This document shows, piece after piece, positions 1 to 13,469 of a DNA stretch of 64,000 nucleotides. This stretch comes from the human T2T-CHM13v2.0 reference genome, Homo sapiens, in NCBI RefSeq assembly GCF_009914755.1, contig NC_060928.1. One strand, written 5' to 3'. A program made the translations under genes and the position numbers. Every line of letters starts with the position of its first letter. The first letter of the stretch is position 1. The notes beneath the pieces were generated by a model, which saw nothing but the letters and a program-made list of their open reading frames with translations, was not told where the DNA came from and made no database searches.

Positions 1-762
1 TGACTGAAGTCCCAGGAGGAGAAAAGAGAGAGGGGGAAATAATAAATTAAATATAAAATGGACAAGACATTCTTAAAATAAGAAAAGATATTAAAATACA
101 AATTCAAAAAGCTTACAGAAATAGAGAAATGGATGTAGGACTAAAAAATTACTGCACATATTGCACAATGAAATACATAAATAAATCCTCAAAGAAAGGC
201 AGGAAAAATGTTATTACATACAGCAAAATAAAGGTAAGAATTACCTCAAAACTATGAAAGTTTTAAGACAAGGGAGTGACATGTTTAAAGTTCTGAAAGC
301 AAAAGCAAAAACAAAATCCAAAATAACATATTCAATTGAAGTATATTTCAAAAATAAAGTATAAGTAAAAACTTTTCTTTTTAAGTCAAATAAAACAGAA
401 AAAAATAAAGATACTCAGAGAAATTATTGCCAGAGGACCTGTAAAAAAGAAATGTTAAAGAAAGTTTTTCAGGAAGATGAAAAGTGATGCCAGATAGAAG
501 CTTGCTATGGAAAGAAACAAAGATTACAGAAAATGGTCAAATAAAGGTAAATATAAAAGTAATTATTTGATTTTAAATTTTTAATCACTAAAACATAAAG
601 GATTGTAAAGAAAAAAATGGAATGAGTATAATGTTAATAGTACATGTAAAGGTCAAATGCATAATTGTACTAACACACAGAATGAGAGAAGCTGGAAATA
701 TAATACTGCAATGTTATTATAGTGTATGCAATGTTCTATAATATTATTTTAAGGTCTAGCTG

Positions 763-810
763 TCTATCTATCTATCTATCTATTGATCTATCTATCTACC
801 TACCTACCTA
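763..810. repeat. (TCTA)n/(CCTA)n tetranucleotide microsatellite
   Basis: Directly visible tctatctatc...tacctaccta, with one interruption. Confidence 0.9.
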
Positions 811-2078
811 TTTAATTTGACCCAAAGGGAAATGCTAAAAGTAGTAAAAGATATATAACCAAAAAACCAATCACAGAAATAAGATGTAACATGAATAATA
901 CAAAAATAATACAGGAAGAAAGAGAGAGAGAAAAAAGCAAAATCAACAGTCAAAGATAAAAAAAAAAAACCCTGAAAATATGGTAGTTTTAGAACCAACA
1001 AGATAAAAAATTGTATTAAATGCAAATAGGCTAAGTACCCAATAAAAGGCAGGACTCCTCTCCAAAGAAAGACTCAACTATGTACCATCTAAAGCAAGTC
1101 TACTTTAAATATCAAGAAATAGATTTAAAACGTTAAAAAATGAAAAAAAGAGTTTTCATACAAATACTAATTTTAAAACATTCAAATGGTAATATGAATA
1201 TCAAAATAGAATTCATCACAAGAAGTATTACCAATGATTAAGTGAGACATTAGATAACAATATAGTGGTCAATTGCACGAAAGACCTAACAATCCAAAAA
1301 ATGTGTGTAATTAAAAAAGATTCAAAATACGTGAAGCAAAAATGAAAAAAAAACTAGATAAATCTACAATTATATTTAGCTATTTTGATATTCCTTTCTG
1401 AATAATTGATAGACCAAATACATAAAAATGAATAAGTATATTGAGGACTTGAACAGCACTATCAACCAACTTGAACAATTTGAAATTTCATAGAACACTT
1501 CACTCAAAAAAGCAGAATACAATCTTTGCAAGTGCACGTGTAACATTCTCTGTATAGACTATAGGGTATAAAACAAATTTCCACAAGTGTAGAATAATTG
1601 ACATTGTATAAAGTATGTTCTCTAACTACAAAAATAATAAAACCACAAATCAAAAAAGTATTTGGAAACTCAACTATTAAGAAAAATATTATGCTTTTTA
1701 TTAACACAAGAGACAAATGAAAGGTCATGGGTTACTAGACAATACACTGAATTCAATGAAAATGAAAACACAACATATAAAATTTATAGGGTACAGATAA
1801 AAGAGTGCTGAGAGGAACATTTATAGTATTAAATGTTTATATCAAAAAAGGGCTCAATTAAGTAATAACATCTTCCATGGTAACAAAAAACACTAATTTT
1901 ATGTAAACTTTTCCAACATATAAAAGAGAACAATATTTTCAATTTATTTTATGAGGCCACAATTACATACCCCAAACAGGAAACTATAAAAAAAACTACT
2001 GCCCAATATGCCTTATGAATATAAGCACAAAAAGTCTTAACAAGATATCAGCAATTAGCAAATTAGCAAAATTTTGCT

Positions 2079-2165
2079 GTATATAAAAATATATATATAA
2101 AAATAACATTGTATATAAAAATACAGTTGTATTTAAAATACAGTTGTATATAAAAATAACATTGT
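2079..2165. repeat. Imperfect ~18-bp AT-rich minisatellite
   Basis: Repeated unit gtatataaaaata(aca/cag)tt, about 4-5 copies. Confidence 0.75.
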
Positions 2166-3070
2166 AACACAACCAAGTCTGTTTTATTCCAGTAATGGAA
2201 AATGCAAGTTTTTTTCAACTTTTGAGTATTAAAATAATTCACATATTGATTGATTAGCAAAGAAAAATATATGTATATTAACATATCTAGACAGAATTAG
2301 ACAGATACAACCACTCACCCACCCAGAAAATCATGACCACAAATTGAAATTCGTGACCCCAAATAACTAGAAGACAGATACTGTGTTTGAATAATTCTCT
2401 AATGTGTTATAGTATCACGAAGAATACAGGAATTAATTCTCTATCCTTGTAGATACTTGGGGAGGTCTCCAATGTGGAAGTGACATTTGACTTGAACGCT
2501 GCAGTTTTTAATTGTTCATTAATACCTTAATAGATGTAAATATATATTTTTATGATGCAATATTCCAAGGCATCTTCATATGAATTTGTACATATGTAAG
2601 GCGTTTAGAGGCATTATGTGCATTTACAATTTGCAGTACACTTGTGGGTACCATTAAACCCTTTCTTTTCCAAAGATTAAATTGTTTCCATAGTAACAAA
2701 AGCATTTCAAAATGAACATGAACATTGGAACCACTCAACTAGTGTTCATAATACACTGGGTTAGCACCTTAGCAGCAGTAGATTCTGCCAAGAAAAATGT
2801 TAACAAGCATTTCTTTTCTAAGGCTCTGTCTCTCTATCCATTTGCTTTTCTGCAAGAACATATTCATGAGAAGTGACCCCATCTATGTAGTTACATACAT
2901 TAATGAGCTAGAAGAGAAGCTTGTTTTCTCATGTATTAGGCAGGCATGGTGGTTCTTTGTCCATGTCACTTGCATGCCATTATTTAATGAATTAATCTAA
3001 TACATAGTTATGACAGCCAACATGCAGTAGGCATATAGATTTGCATCCTTACAATTGTCCTCGTCATAGG

Positions 3071-5233
3071 TGTCTTAGTCCATTTGTCCTGTTATAAAAT
3101 GATACATGAAACTGGATACTTAATAAAGAACAGAAATTTATTTCATACAGTTTGGGAGGCTCCAAAGTCCAAGATTACAGTACTGGCCTGTTCAGTTGTC
3201 TGTTGAGGGCTACATCCCCTGGAGGACAAGCACTATGCCCTCACATGGCAGAAGGCAGAAGGGCAAGGGCCAAATGCCATGTGAAGCCACTTTTTAAGGG
3301 CCTTAATGCCATTCATGAGAAAGACTTTGTGGTCTAATCACCTCTTGATAGCCAGACCTTTTAATGTTATTACATTGGCCATTTAGTTCAACACCTGAAT
3401 TTTGGAGGGGACACATTTATACCATAGCATTCTGTCCTGAACCATGCAAATTTATGTTCTTCTCACATGCAAAATACATTTCAAATAGTCCCCAAAGTCT
3501 TAACTCATTCCAGTATCAACTCAAAATTCTAAGATTCAGTCTCATTTAAAGTAGCTATGGGTGAGACTCAAGGCACCTTTTATCCTGGGACCGATTTCTC
3601 TCTAGCTGAGCTGTTGAAGTCAAAGAAGTTAAGTATTAGGTTGGTGCAAAAGTAATTGCGATTTTTGCCATAATGGCAAAACACAATTACTTTTGCACCA
3701 ACCTAATACTTCCAAAAACGAGTGATGAAACAAGAATAGGATAGATATTCCATTCCAAAAGGGAGAAGTAGGCAAGAAGAAAGGGAAAACAGGTCTAAAG
3801 AAAATCCAAAACCCAACAGGACAAACATCAAATCTTGAGGTTTTAGAATAATCTTTGATTCCAAATCCCACATTCCAGACACCCTGAGGTGGGAGTTAAG
3901 TTTCCATGCCCCAGCTCTCCTAGGCTGAAGTTGGGTGCCTGTGGCTCTTTCTGGCTGGCACTGCAATGCTGGTGACTCTGCAGGTCTGGGGTTTTGGTGG
4001 TAGTCCTTACCCCAGAATCATTAAGCATTGCCCTAGTGGGAGTTATCTTTGGTGCCCCCCACCACTGTGGCAGTTCTCTGTCTGGGCTGCAAGGCTCTCT
4101 GAGGCATCTTTTGAAATCTACATGGAGGAAGCCATGCCTCCACAGCCCCTGCACTCTGTGTGCCTATGGAGTGAACGTCATGTGCATGCTGTTAAGGCTT
4201 GTTGACCGTGCCCTCTGGAGAAATGGTCCAAGCTGCACCTTGGTCCGCTTGAGCCATAACTGAAGTCATCAAGAAGTGTGGCACCTGAATGTGGAAAGCA
4301 AAGGCTTGAGGCCACGAACACTGAACTCTGAATTCCCACAGGAGCCCTGCACCTCTGTCTCAAAACCACTCTTCTCCCAAGGCTCTGGCACTCTGGGCCT
4401 GTGATGGGCATGGCAGCCTCAAAGATCTGTCCACCAATCTCCTTATCAAACATCACTTGGCCACACCCTTGGTCTTCTCTCCTTAACATGCTTTTTTATT
4501 GTTTACATGGCCAGGCTAAGAAATTTCCAAATCTTTAGGTTTAAATTTTATCTTTAAACATTTTTCAGCTCTTGCATTTTGCTATAAGCACTTAAGGAAG
4601 CCATGCAGCACCTCGGACCTCTTGGATAACTTTTAAGAAGACCAAGGTTCTTATGCAGCTATCCTTGTCTTTGGAGCCCTCACCAGATTTGTTCTTAATG
4701 CTTCCTTCATGGCAACACAGGCTTTTTCTAGTCTTCAAGGCTCTTCCAGCCTCTATGCGTTATCCAGTTCCAAGGTTGCATCCAAATTTTTAGGTATTTG
4801 TTACAGTCATACTTCACTTCTCTGATGCCAATTTTTTTGTTTTGGTCCATTTGTGCTGCTCTCACAAAATACCTGAAACTGGGTAATTTATAAAGAACAG
4901 ACTTTTATTTCTGACAGTTCAGGACACTGGGAAGTCCAAGATTAGGCACCAGTGGGTTCTGTGCCTGGTGAGGGATAGGGTTCCTATTGCCAAGAAGGCA
5001 CCTTGTTGATGCTTCCTCCGAAGAGGAACACTGTGACCTCACATTGCAGAAGGTAGGAGAGTGACAGATCTCAACACTGTCCAGCCTTTTTAATGAGGGT
5101 CAATCCCATTCACAAGTGAGAAGCCCCCTTGGCCTAATCACCTCTTAAAGGCCTCACCTTTAAATATGTATATGACATTGACCATTAAGTTTCAACCCCT
5201 GGATTTTGGAGGGAATATATTCAAACCATAGTA
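3071..5233 (-). mobile_element. Two-LTR ERVL-MaLR element (MSTC/MSTD/MLT1A-like LTRs at 3071-3429 and 4838-5233, with ~1.4 kb internal region)
   Basis: Two homologous direct repeats start tgtcttagtccattt / tgttttggtccattt and end accatagca / accatagta. MaLR-internal-like sequence lies between them. Confidence 0.85.
3636..3706. mobile_element. MADE1 (Hsmar1-derived MITE)
   Basis: TIRs ttaggttggtgcaaaagtaattg...caattacttttgcaccaacctaa, flanked by TA at 3634-3635 and 3707-3708. Confidence 0.95.
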
Positions 5234-5769
5234 GTTGATATCATGCATTTTATTTTATACATTAAGAAAAAGAAACAGGGAACTTATATCATTACTGTGA
5301 TTTTAGAAATCAAGAAGTTATTTGGGTCAGATATGCTGTATATATGTCTCTTGTATCTGACATCTAATATTGCTCTTTTGTTTTTAGCTAGATCCCAAAT
5401 TTGGCTACGGTTTCAAGGTTTAATATGAATGTATATTATAAATTCAATTATTATGAAATTAAAAGAAGCATTTGTCATTTAAGCTGCGACTGGCTTTTAA
5501 AAATGAGAAAAAAGGGAAAATATTGCCTTCTCTAACTTGTGAGTGATTAAAAGTGGTATTCTCCAGGGATTGTTGCTAGGGCTCTGCAGACTTATTTAAG
5601 TATATTTTAATATAAAAGCTCTGGAAGGAGGACCACTTAATGAGATGATCAGGTTTATAGATGAAAGTGTGGCTTCCTGGGTTGAGAAGTGCCAAGCTAA
5701 TGGGAATAAACCTCAGCAATTGCTTAAGAGGCTGTGTGACTGCTGAGAGCCCCGGTAGATAAATTTGAG

Positions 5770-5917
5770 AGCAGGCAAACATGAAGTTTTATTTTAGTCA
5801 AAAATAATTCAGACCAACCAGTTGAAATTAAGACCTCTAAGTGGTGAATATGACCCAGAAAAGGATTCTTTTAATCACTATTGGTCCAGAATATTTTATC
5901 TGGATAAGAGAAGTATC
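5770..5917 (-). other. Candidate terminal exon (unverified)
   Basis: Minus strand: long pyrimidine tract ttttttttctctctctctAAG|GATACTT at 5918/5917, and AATAAA at 5793-5788. Confidence 0.25.
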
Positions 5918-6426
5918 CTTAGAGAGAGAGAAAAAAAAATGAAATGAAAATAAAATGAACCCACCCTTTTGCTCTCGAATTCTGCATGCAGCCTTGGTTT
6001 TGGTACTTCGAGAAAGAGAAAGCCTTCCTAAAAGCAACTGAAACGACTGAGTTGGAATGATTTTTACTTCTACTATAGGAGTTAAATATAAGCCTAGGCT
6101 GTAGAGGAACACTTTAAGTATAACTAGAGAATAAAAATGTGTAAAAGTATGATCACCCTAATCAAATTTAGCTCATTATTTTATAATTAAGCCATATTTT
6201 TAAACCTGTGTATTGTATAGAATTTTATACTTGAGAATTTGATAGAAAACAAAAAATTATTCAAAGAATCTTCTATCAGCAAAATAACTCATGCAGTGAG
6301 AGAAAGGACTTCTTTCTAACTAGGAATTTTCACCCTGTTCTCACTTAACTTTTCAAAACTCTGGGATGCAGGCATGTCTTTTCCCTTTTGAGAGTTTAAA
6401 AGTCAGCTTTTAAGTAGGTTAATTTT

Positions 6427-6460
6427 CTTCTGATCAAATAGGTCTTCTGATCAAATAGGT
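6427..6460. repeat. Perfect 17-bp tandem duplication
   Basis: cttctgatcaaataggt x2. Confidence 0.95.
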
Positions 6461-7639
6461 AGCCAGAAATATAGCAAAGATTGAGACCCCTTTTTCTGTT
6501 CCCAAACCAAAGTTTGTTCTGCACCAAGGGCATTGTATTAAATAAAAGAAAAATTGAGTTCCTAATGCCAAGCTCATTCACTCACTAATCACACCTATTA
6601 CCTGAAAGGGATACTGTGGTTTATTTAAATATTATAAAAGGAAAGAGCCTCATATAGAGTTTTATCAATATTTTTAGCACTGTATTGGTAAGAAAAGCCT
6701 TCCAATTCAAGGATTAATATTATTTATGTACATTAATACTATTAAACAATGCATATGCCTAATTAAATAGTACTAATAGTAATATTTATTGGCATATAAA
6801 ATGCTTCAAATAGATTATTTCCTTTCTTTCCTTTCCTTGTAGGATTCTTTATAGTAACCCTACAAAGAAGATATTTTTACTAACCAAAAACCTGACAGAA
6901 TTCCTGACTGCCATTGCTTTCTTTCTGGTATTGCTCAAATCTTTATTCTTTTTGCATTTTCAGTGCTGATACACTGCTTAAGTCTTCTCCCTGAACTGCT
7001 TTCATATACTTCTCACATGGCTCCTAACTGCAGTCATGCCCCATCAAACCTTTCTCCACATTCTGTCTAGTCATTTTCCTAGAATGCAACACAATGCCTG
7101 CTTGCATAAACATTGCATATAAAATCAACATTCTTTGTCTGGGATTCCACTTCGACTCTTCTCATTTATGTCTTAATGAAGTCCATGAATATTCATTAGT
7201 CTTCCAGTTCGATTGGCTGGGTATAGAATGATTGTGATTGAATTTAGATTGATGGGGAGGTAACGCTAATGAAATTCATTGTTATATTTCCCGTTGTGGA
7301 ACCAGGGTTCAGAATCAATGGAGAGAGAAACATAGGATGAAAATAATTGGAAGAATAAAATCCTGGAGGATTCATAGAGGGATGAATGTAACATTAACAG
7401 CTGTGGATATGTGTAGATGCAAGCTAAATGTGTGTAAGAGAAAACCAAAGAATTTTATTTTAAATATGGGCTTTATGTTTTTAATCAGCAAATTATTTTC
7501 TAGTGACCAAAACCAATGATGCTGAAACCTCCAGACTAATTTTTAATCATAACTTCACCTGAATATGTAATATATAGGCCCCAAGATATTTTGTTAACTG
7601 TATTTTGTATTCCATTTAAAATATTTAATTCTCCTTTGT

Positions 7640-8212
7640 CAAATGTGTGAAGAGCTTTTGGGAAATTCCTGAGACAGAATGTATGGAGAGCATAAACCCA
7701 GAGCCATGGTTTATTACAGCAAAAGGACACACTGAAGGAAGGGAAAAAAAGGCATCAGGCAAATACTGGAGGAGTCCAGGAGTTGGCTAACAAATGTCTC
7801 CATCACACAGTGGTAGGGGAAGAGACAGAACACTTCTTCCTCCAGCAATGAAATGCAGCAGCGGGTGTCCAGTGCTTCTGCTGTAGGAAACCTGCTTAAA
7901 CCTCAGAGTCCAGGGATTTTTATTGGGGGCTGCACGAGTATGCGCTCTTTGCCTGAGTAATCAGCCACTTTCCACTGGAACTGCTACAGTTCCAGACTCC
8001 CAGAAGGAAAGCAAGTGTTCACCATAAATCACATCATTTGCACAACATAGAAGGCAGGTATAACCGAATTTAGTGCCCTAGTCACGCAAAACAACCTTAT
8101 CAATACAAAGCAGGGAACATTGCATGGGCCAAGTTTCTAAGAGAGATCCCAAGCTTCGGTGCCTCCAGAAGATCCTCTTGGAAATAGGGCTTGCTATGTT
8201 AACTATTTATCG
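7640..8212 (-). mobile_element. ERV LTR of the MER21/MER77/MER68 group
   Basis: Motifs ggtttattacagcaaaagga and ttccagactcccagaaggaaagcaagtgttcaccataaatcacatcatttgcacaa. Subfamily and strand uncertain. Confidence 0.6.
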
Positions 8213-8759
8213 TATGACATGGATGCCGACAAACGTCCTTTTTTCTACTTCTATACTTGGCAGATATAATTTGGGTACTCAGAGTACTAGGTACTCATTC
8301 GAATATTTTGGAACTTCGAAGGCATTTACCCATTCTTCCAGCTTCTAGTGGTTGCAATTGAGAAACTTGATTTCACCCAATTCCTAATGCCTTGAGGGTA
8401 ACCTGCTTTATGTTTTTAAAATTATTTTTCTTTCTGGAGGGATTAAGTTTTTTGCTGTAATCTCTGTATTCTAAATTCCCAGGTTATATGGATTGTTCAC
8501 AAATTTTAAAGCTTATTTTTCACAAAAAGTGGCAGCTTTAATCTGGAAAGCATGTCCTTTAATTTAAGGAAATATTTTGTGTCAATTTAAAAATTTTCTC
8601 CCCCTCCTCACATTTTTTTTGTTCCCTTGTTCAGGAGTCCTATTATTCAGATCTTGTCATTTTAGAATGGGCCATCTTATTTTCTTGATATTTATCTCAT
8701 ATTTTCCCTATATTTGTGTCTGTATTTTGATGTAAGAGAAGTTTTCTCTACTTTGTCTT

Positions 8760-9950
8760 CTAGGATCAGGCACTGTTCTGGATATGAGGAACATAGCCGT
8801 GTACAAATCAGAAAACAACCCTACCTTTCTAAAGGTTACATTCCAGTAAGACAAAAAACCAAGGTAAATAAACACAAAACATTAAACATCAATACATGCT
8901 AAGAAAAAAAGGAAAGCAGGAAAGAAGAAGATTAAAAAAGATAGTAAATGGAGGGGCTCAAATTTCAAGTAGTTTTTAGGGTAAGACATGAATGCACATA
9001 AGGAGATAATACTTCATGAGTAACTGTATCTGAGTATATCAGGCTGAAGAACAAGTCCGGATTCAGGACTGTATCTGATGTACATCAGAAAAAGCAAAGT
9101 TACCCGTACGACTGGAGTGGAGTGTAGGTAGGAAGGAGAGAGTAGCAGGATAATAGAGGGGATTTGTAATGAGAGACCAGATCAAGGAAATCATAAGAAA
9201 AATGTTGCTTTTACTCTGAAAAAGACAAAAAGCTATTGTGAAGTTTAAGCAGAAGACTAATCTGCTCTGATTTACATTTTTCTGTTTTCGACTTTTACTT
9301 TACGTTCGAGGGTACATGTGAAGGTTTTTATACAGGTAGACTTGTGTCACGGGAGTTTGTTGTACAGATTATTTCATCATCCTGGTATTAAGCTTAGTAC
9401 CCAATAGTTATTTTTTCTGCTCCTCTCCCTCCTCTCACCCTCCACCCTCAAGTAGATCCCAGTGTCTGTTGTTCCCTTCTCTGCGTTCATGGGTTCTCAT
9501 CATTTAGCCGCCACTTATGAGTAAGAACATGCATGTTTGGTTTCTGTTGCTGCGTTAGTTTGCTAAGGATAATAGGATCTTTTGGATGATATATTGAGAA
9601 AAGATTAATGGGACGAGAATGAAAGTGTGGAGACCAGTGTGGATAGATGAGACATATTGGTAACTTTCTGGCCCAGGGTGGTAGCAGGGAAAGTGGTGAG
9701 TGGCGATCTGACGCTGGCTACGTTTTGAAGGTGCAGAGTACGGGATGTGTTGCTACATGAACTGTGCAATGCGCTGAAGAAGAGTGAAAGAAGACTACCA
9801 GTGTCGTGATTTGAGTAACTGGAAAGATGAAGTTGCCAGTAACTGAAGAGAAGATGGCAGAGGAGCAGATTTTTGGACAGGTGGGAAACATAGGTTCAGT
9901 TTTGTACATCCAAATGGAGATATCAAGTAAGCATTTGGATAAGAGGGCCT
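8760..9950 (-). mobile_element. LINE-2 3' region, interrupted by an L1
   Basis: caggcactgttctggatatgagga...; ctggaaagatgaagttgccagtaactga; catccaaatggagatatcaagtaagcatttggat. Confidence 0.75.
9276..9575 (-). mobile_element. L1PA13-16-like 3' end
   Basis: gagggtacatgtg...tgttgtacagattatttcatca...gtacccaatagttattttttctgctcctctccctcc...gttagtttgctaaggataat. Confidence 0.85.
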
Positions 9951-12360
9951 GGGTTATTTTCTCTTTCTGTGAGTGCCTAATTCTTGCCTTTCATGCATTT
10001 CTGAATTGTGTTGGTTACCTTTTTCTATTTGATTTGCAGGAATAGTTTATGTCTTCTGGATACTGAGTCTTTTTTATGTATGACATAAATATCTTCTCCC
10101 AGGTTGTGGGTAATGTTTTTACTTTATGATGTCTTTGCATGAAGAGTTCTTAATCTTATCTGAATAGAATTATGTTTTCTTTTATGCTCAGAAGTTTGTA
10201 CATTGTTTAAGAAATTAAACATCTGATGAGGTCTTATTGATTGTATTCTATATCTATTTCTAAATGAATTAAAGTTTCAGCTTTTACTTTTTTGTTCCTG
10301 ATCAATCTAGTTTCATTTATGTGTATTTGGAGTAAAATATGAATCCAATATTATTTTCATATCATAAGAAGTTTATTTCAGGAGTAATAATCAATTGTAT
10401 AATTAATTTTAATCAATTGATTACATTATTACTACCTTCCCTGTCAATCTTCAATGTCATCTCTATATCACATTTCCACATGTGCCTAAGTTTCTAGACT
10501 CTTTTTTGTCATTTCTTGAATTAATACCAATGTATAGTTGGATGAGTAACCCTACTCTTTTGTTCTTATCTTAGCTAGTCTTGGCCTGTAGTTTTCCACA
10601 TGAATTTTGTGATCACCTTTTCGTGTTAAACAAACAAAAAGACTATCAAAGTTTGTACTGGCATTAATAAGATGAATTCTGTTATTCTATATCTTATACA
10701 TGAATACTGAGAAAGACTCTGTATCTTAAAAATGAAAATTCTTACTAATTCAATTTATTTTTAAGTCAATATGTATTTAAAACTTAAGTATACAATTAAA
10801 ATTGAATAAGAAAGAATTTGCATTTATAAGATACAGTCTGTCTATTTATGAATGTAGTTGATTTCCTTAAGTAGCTTTATTTCCTTCTTTTAGTTATTCA
10901 CATTTTGGGATAATTATTTTTTGGTTCCTTATAAATTTAGTTGATATTTTAACTAATTTTTTAAAAATAATATTTCCAAAAGTTTGTTACTTTTGTTTGG
11001 AGAAACTGGTATTATTTTATACATTGATATTTTATCTATGATTTGCTTTCCTTTGAAGAAGTGATATTGTCTGTGAATAATAAACGTATTACTTTTTCTT
11101 CCCAATATTTATAATTTTAGTTCACTTTATAGTATCTTTTGAGTAGTATTAATATTACAATTTTTGAAGAGAAATAATATTAGTAGGCATCATAGACTGC
11201 GTTTTAATTTTATTATAAATGTGTCTATTTCACCTAAAATTTTAATTTTATTGGTATTATATTGTTTCTACTATATTTCTACTACATTTGAAATTTCTAA
11301 CATGTTCAAATTTATTATAATTTTATATTTCTAATGTTTATTTGTGCCACTCAATTTTGTTGATAATTCTTGATAGAGTTTTGTCTATTTTATTTATCTT
11401 TAAACAATTTTTTTCTCTTCTGCCTCTTTATTATATAGTTACTATCTTTTATATTTTGTATCAAAATCTAATTTTTCTGTTTTCTCAATTTAATGTTATT
11501 TTTCTACATTATCAAGATGATATATTCCTGAGATCAATTTTCACTTATATTGCTGTAATTTCTGTATTTCTTTTTTAAAACTCTTAGTCTCTAAATAACT
11601 ACAAAGGAATTTGTTAAAATCTCCTGTTATAATAGCTTAGCTAATGTTGCTTTGTAATTCTTTTAAAATCGATTTTATTTTACATATTTTAAAGGTTATA
11701 TAATCAGATAAATGCAAATTCAGAATTTTATATCTCCTGATTGAATTTCACTTCTTATGTAAACATGTAATTATTCTCTATTCCTGGTATCACTTTTTAA
11801 AAAATAAATTGAATATTTTATATTTTTCTTTTAAGGATCAGTAATTTGTAATGCTGTTATAAAAGTTATGAAATATGAAAAAGTTTTTAAATGAGTAAAA
11901 ATGTAACTTGTACTTGGTTTAACTTTATGATTCCTGCTATTATTCCTATTATGATAATTATTTCTTTCCAGGAAGAAGTAATACATTTGCCTAGTAACAC
12001 TTTTTATTGCCTTATTAGTTATAGTTTCCCCAAATTTGATTATGACAAGCAGATTTTCTTTTTACTTTCAACTTTTTTGTATATTTCAGTTTTTGGTATT
12101 ATATACATCTCCTGTAAGTGCATAAAATATAATTTGCACATCTTTTTACCAAAAGACTTGGTCTATTTACATTTATCCTAAATGTCTTTACATTAGACTT
12201 TTTTCTGTCAATGTATCCTTTTCCTTTCTTTATATCATAATTTTGCTTTTATATTTTTCCTTCTGCTGTTCCTTGAACTTTTTTGATATTTTGTCAAGTT
12301 TGCTTTCTATCTTCTTAAATTTTTGTTATTTATTGATTTGGAAGTTTTGCATTCTATTTC

Positions 12361-12420
12361 TTTTCTCTCTTTCCCTTCCTTCCCTCTCTTTCTTCCTTCC
12401 TTTCTTCCTTTCTTTCTTTT

Positions 12421-12484
<64 letters not shown>

Positions 12485-12540
12485 TCCTTCCTTCCTTCCT
12501 TCCTTTCTCTTTTTCTTCTTTCTTCTTTCTCTTTCTGTTT
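12361..12540. repeat. (TTTC)n/(TTCC)n compound microsatellite in an Alu tail
   Basis: Long pure tttc array (~12420-12485) flanked by ttcc blocks. Confidence 0.95.
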
Positions 12541-12838
12541 TTTTTTTTTGAGACAGTGTCTTGCTCTGTTGTCCAGGCTGGAGTGCAGGGTGCAATCTCG
12601 GCTCACCGTAACCTCTGTCTCCCAAGCTCAGGCAATTCTCATGCCTCAGTTTCCTGAGTAGCTGAAATTACAGATGTGCGTCACCACACTCGGCTATTTT
12701 TTGTATTTTTAGTAGAGATGGGGTTTCACCATGTTAGCCAGGCTAGTCTTGAACTCCTGGCCTCAAGTTGATTCCCCCCACCCCACTGCCTGAACCTCCC
12801 AAAGTGCTGTAATTATAGGAATGTGCCACCATGCCTGT
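12537..12838 (-). mobile_element. Alu (AluJ-like), full length
   Basis: Antisense dimer. TSD ttctatttctttt at 12352-12364 and 12840-12852 encloses both the Alu and the microsatellite. Confidence 0.93.
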
Positions 12839-13469
12839 GTTCTATTTCTTTTAGCTCATCTTAACATTTCTAAATAAATAGTTGACTTAAAAATAAATTT
12901 AGTAATGATATCTCCTCTCAAAAATACTAAAATATTTCATTAGCTGCTAATGTCTCTCATTGCATTTTTTTCTGATAGTTCACATCAGCATTAATTATAC
13001 ATTATTCAAATCATTATTGCTATTATAGTTTTATATAATCAAATTGATTTATAAGAACCCACGTTTACAAATTTCTTTGCTACCAACTATTCTTGCAGCT
13101 CACCTCACAGCCTTCTTGTGTTTGTTTTAGCATTTTCCTAAAGTAATCCTCTTAGTAAAAGTCTTTCCTATGCTTTAAACATTTGTTTTCCTGACAATAT
13201 AGCTCCTTTTTTCTCTCTGATAGTTCTGAAAATCTCTTTGCCTCTAACTTTAAAAAATTATGTCTGTGGGTTGATTTGCTTAATTTGTCCTGTTTGTTAT
13301 TCTTACTTTTTAAATCTGGGGATTCATATCTTTCATCAGTTCTGAAAAATTGTCAGTCTTTGTCTCTTCAAATATTATCTATTTATCATTTTCTGTATCC
13401 TTTCTTTCTGGAATTCTCCTGACTTTTCTAGTCTCTATCTGTATTGTGCACAACATATGTGCATCCCTT

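Larger units (their letters stand above)
1..2290 (+). mobile_element. Old, degraded LINE-1 (L1M-type) fragment: ORF1 C-terminal part, inter-ORF region and ORF2 endonuclease remnants
   Basis: A-rich sense strand with L1-like motifs (gaagtcccaggaggagaaaagaga; gacttgaacagcactatcaaccaacttga; ttttatgaggcca). No open frame. Ends approximate. Confidence 0.8.

Noticed and set aside
3629-4489. Cluster of overlapping ORFs on both strands
   Set aside because: Lies in the GC-richer MaLR internal region. Fragmentary, with no coherent gag or pol frame.
5605-5625. TATAAAA box
   Set aside because: Expected by chance in AT-rich DNA. No CpG island or other promoter evidence.
12243-12661. Four overlapping ~100-aa ORFs (FLSF / RKKE repeats)
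   Set aside because: Artefacts of the stop-free (TTTC)n microsatellite and the adjacent Alu.
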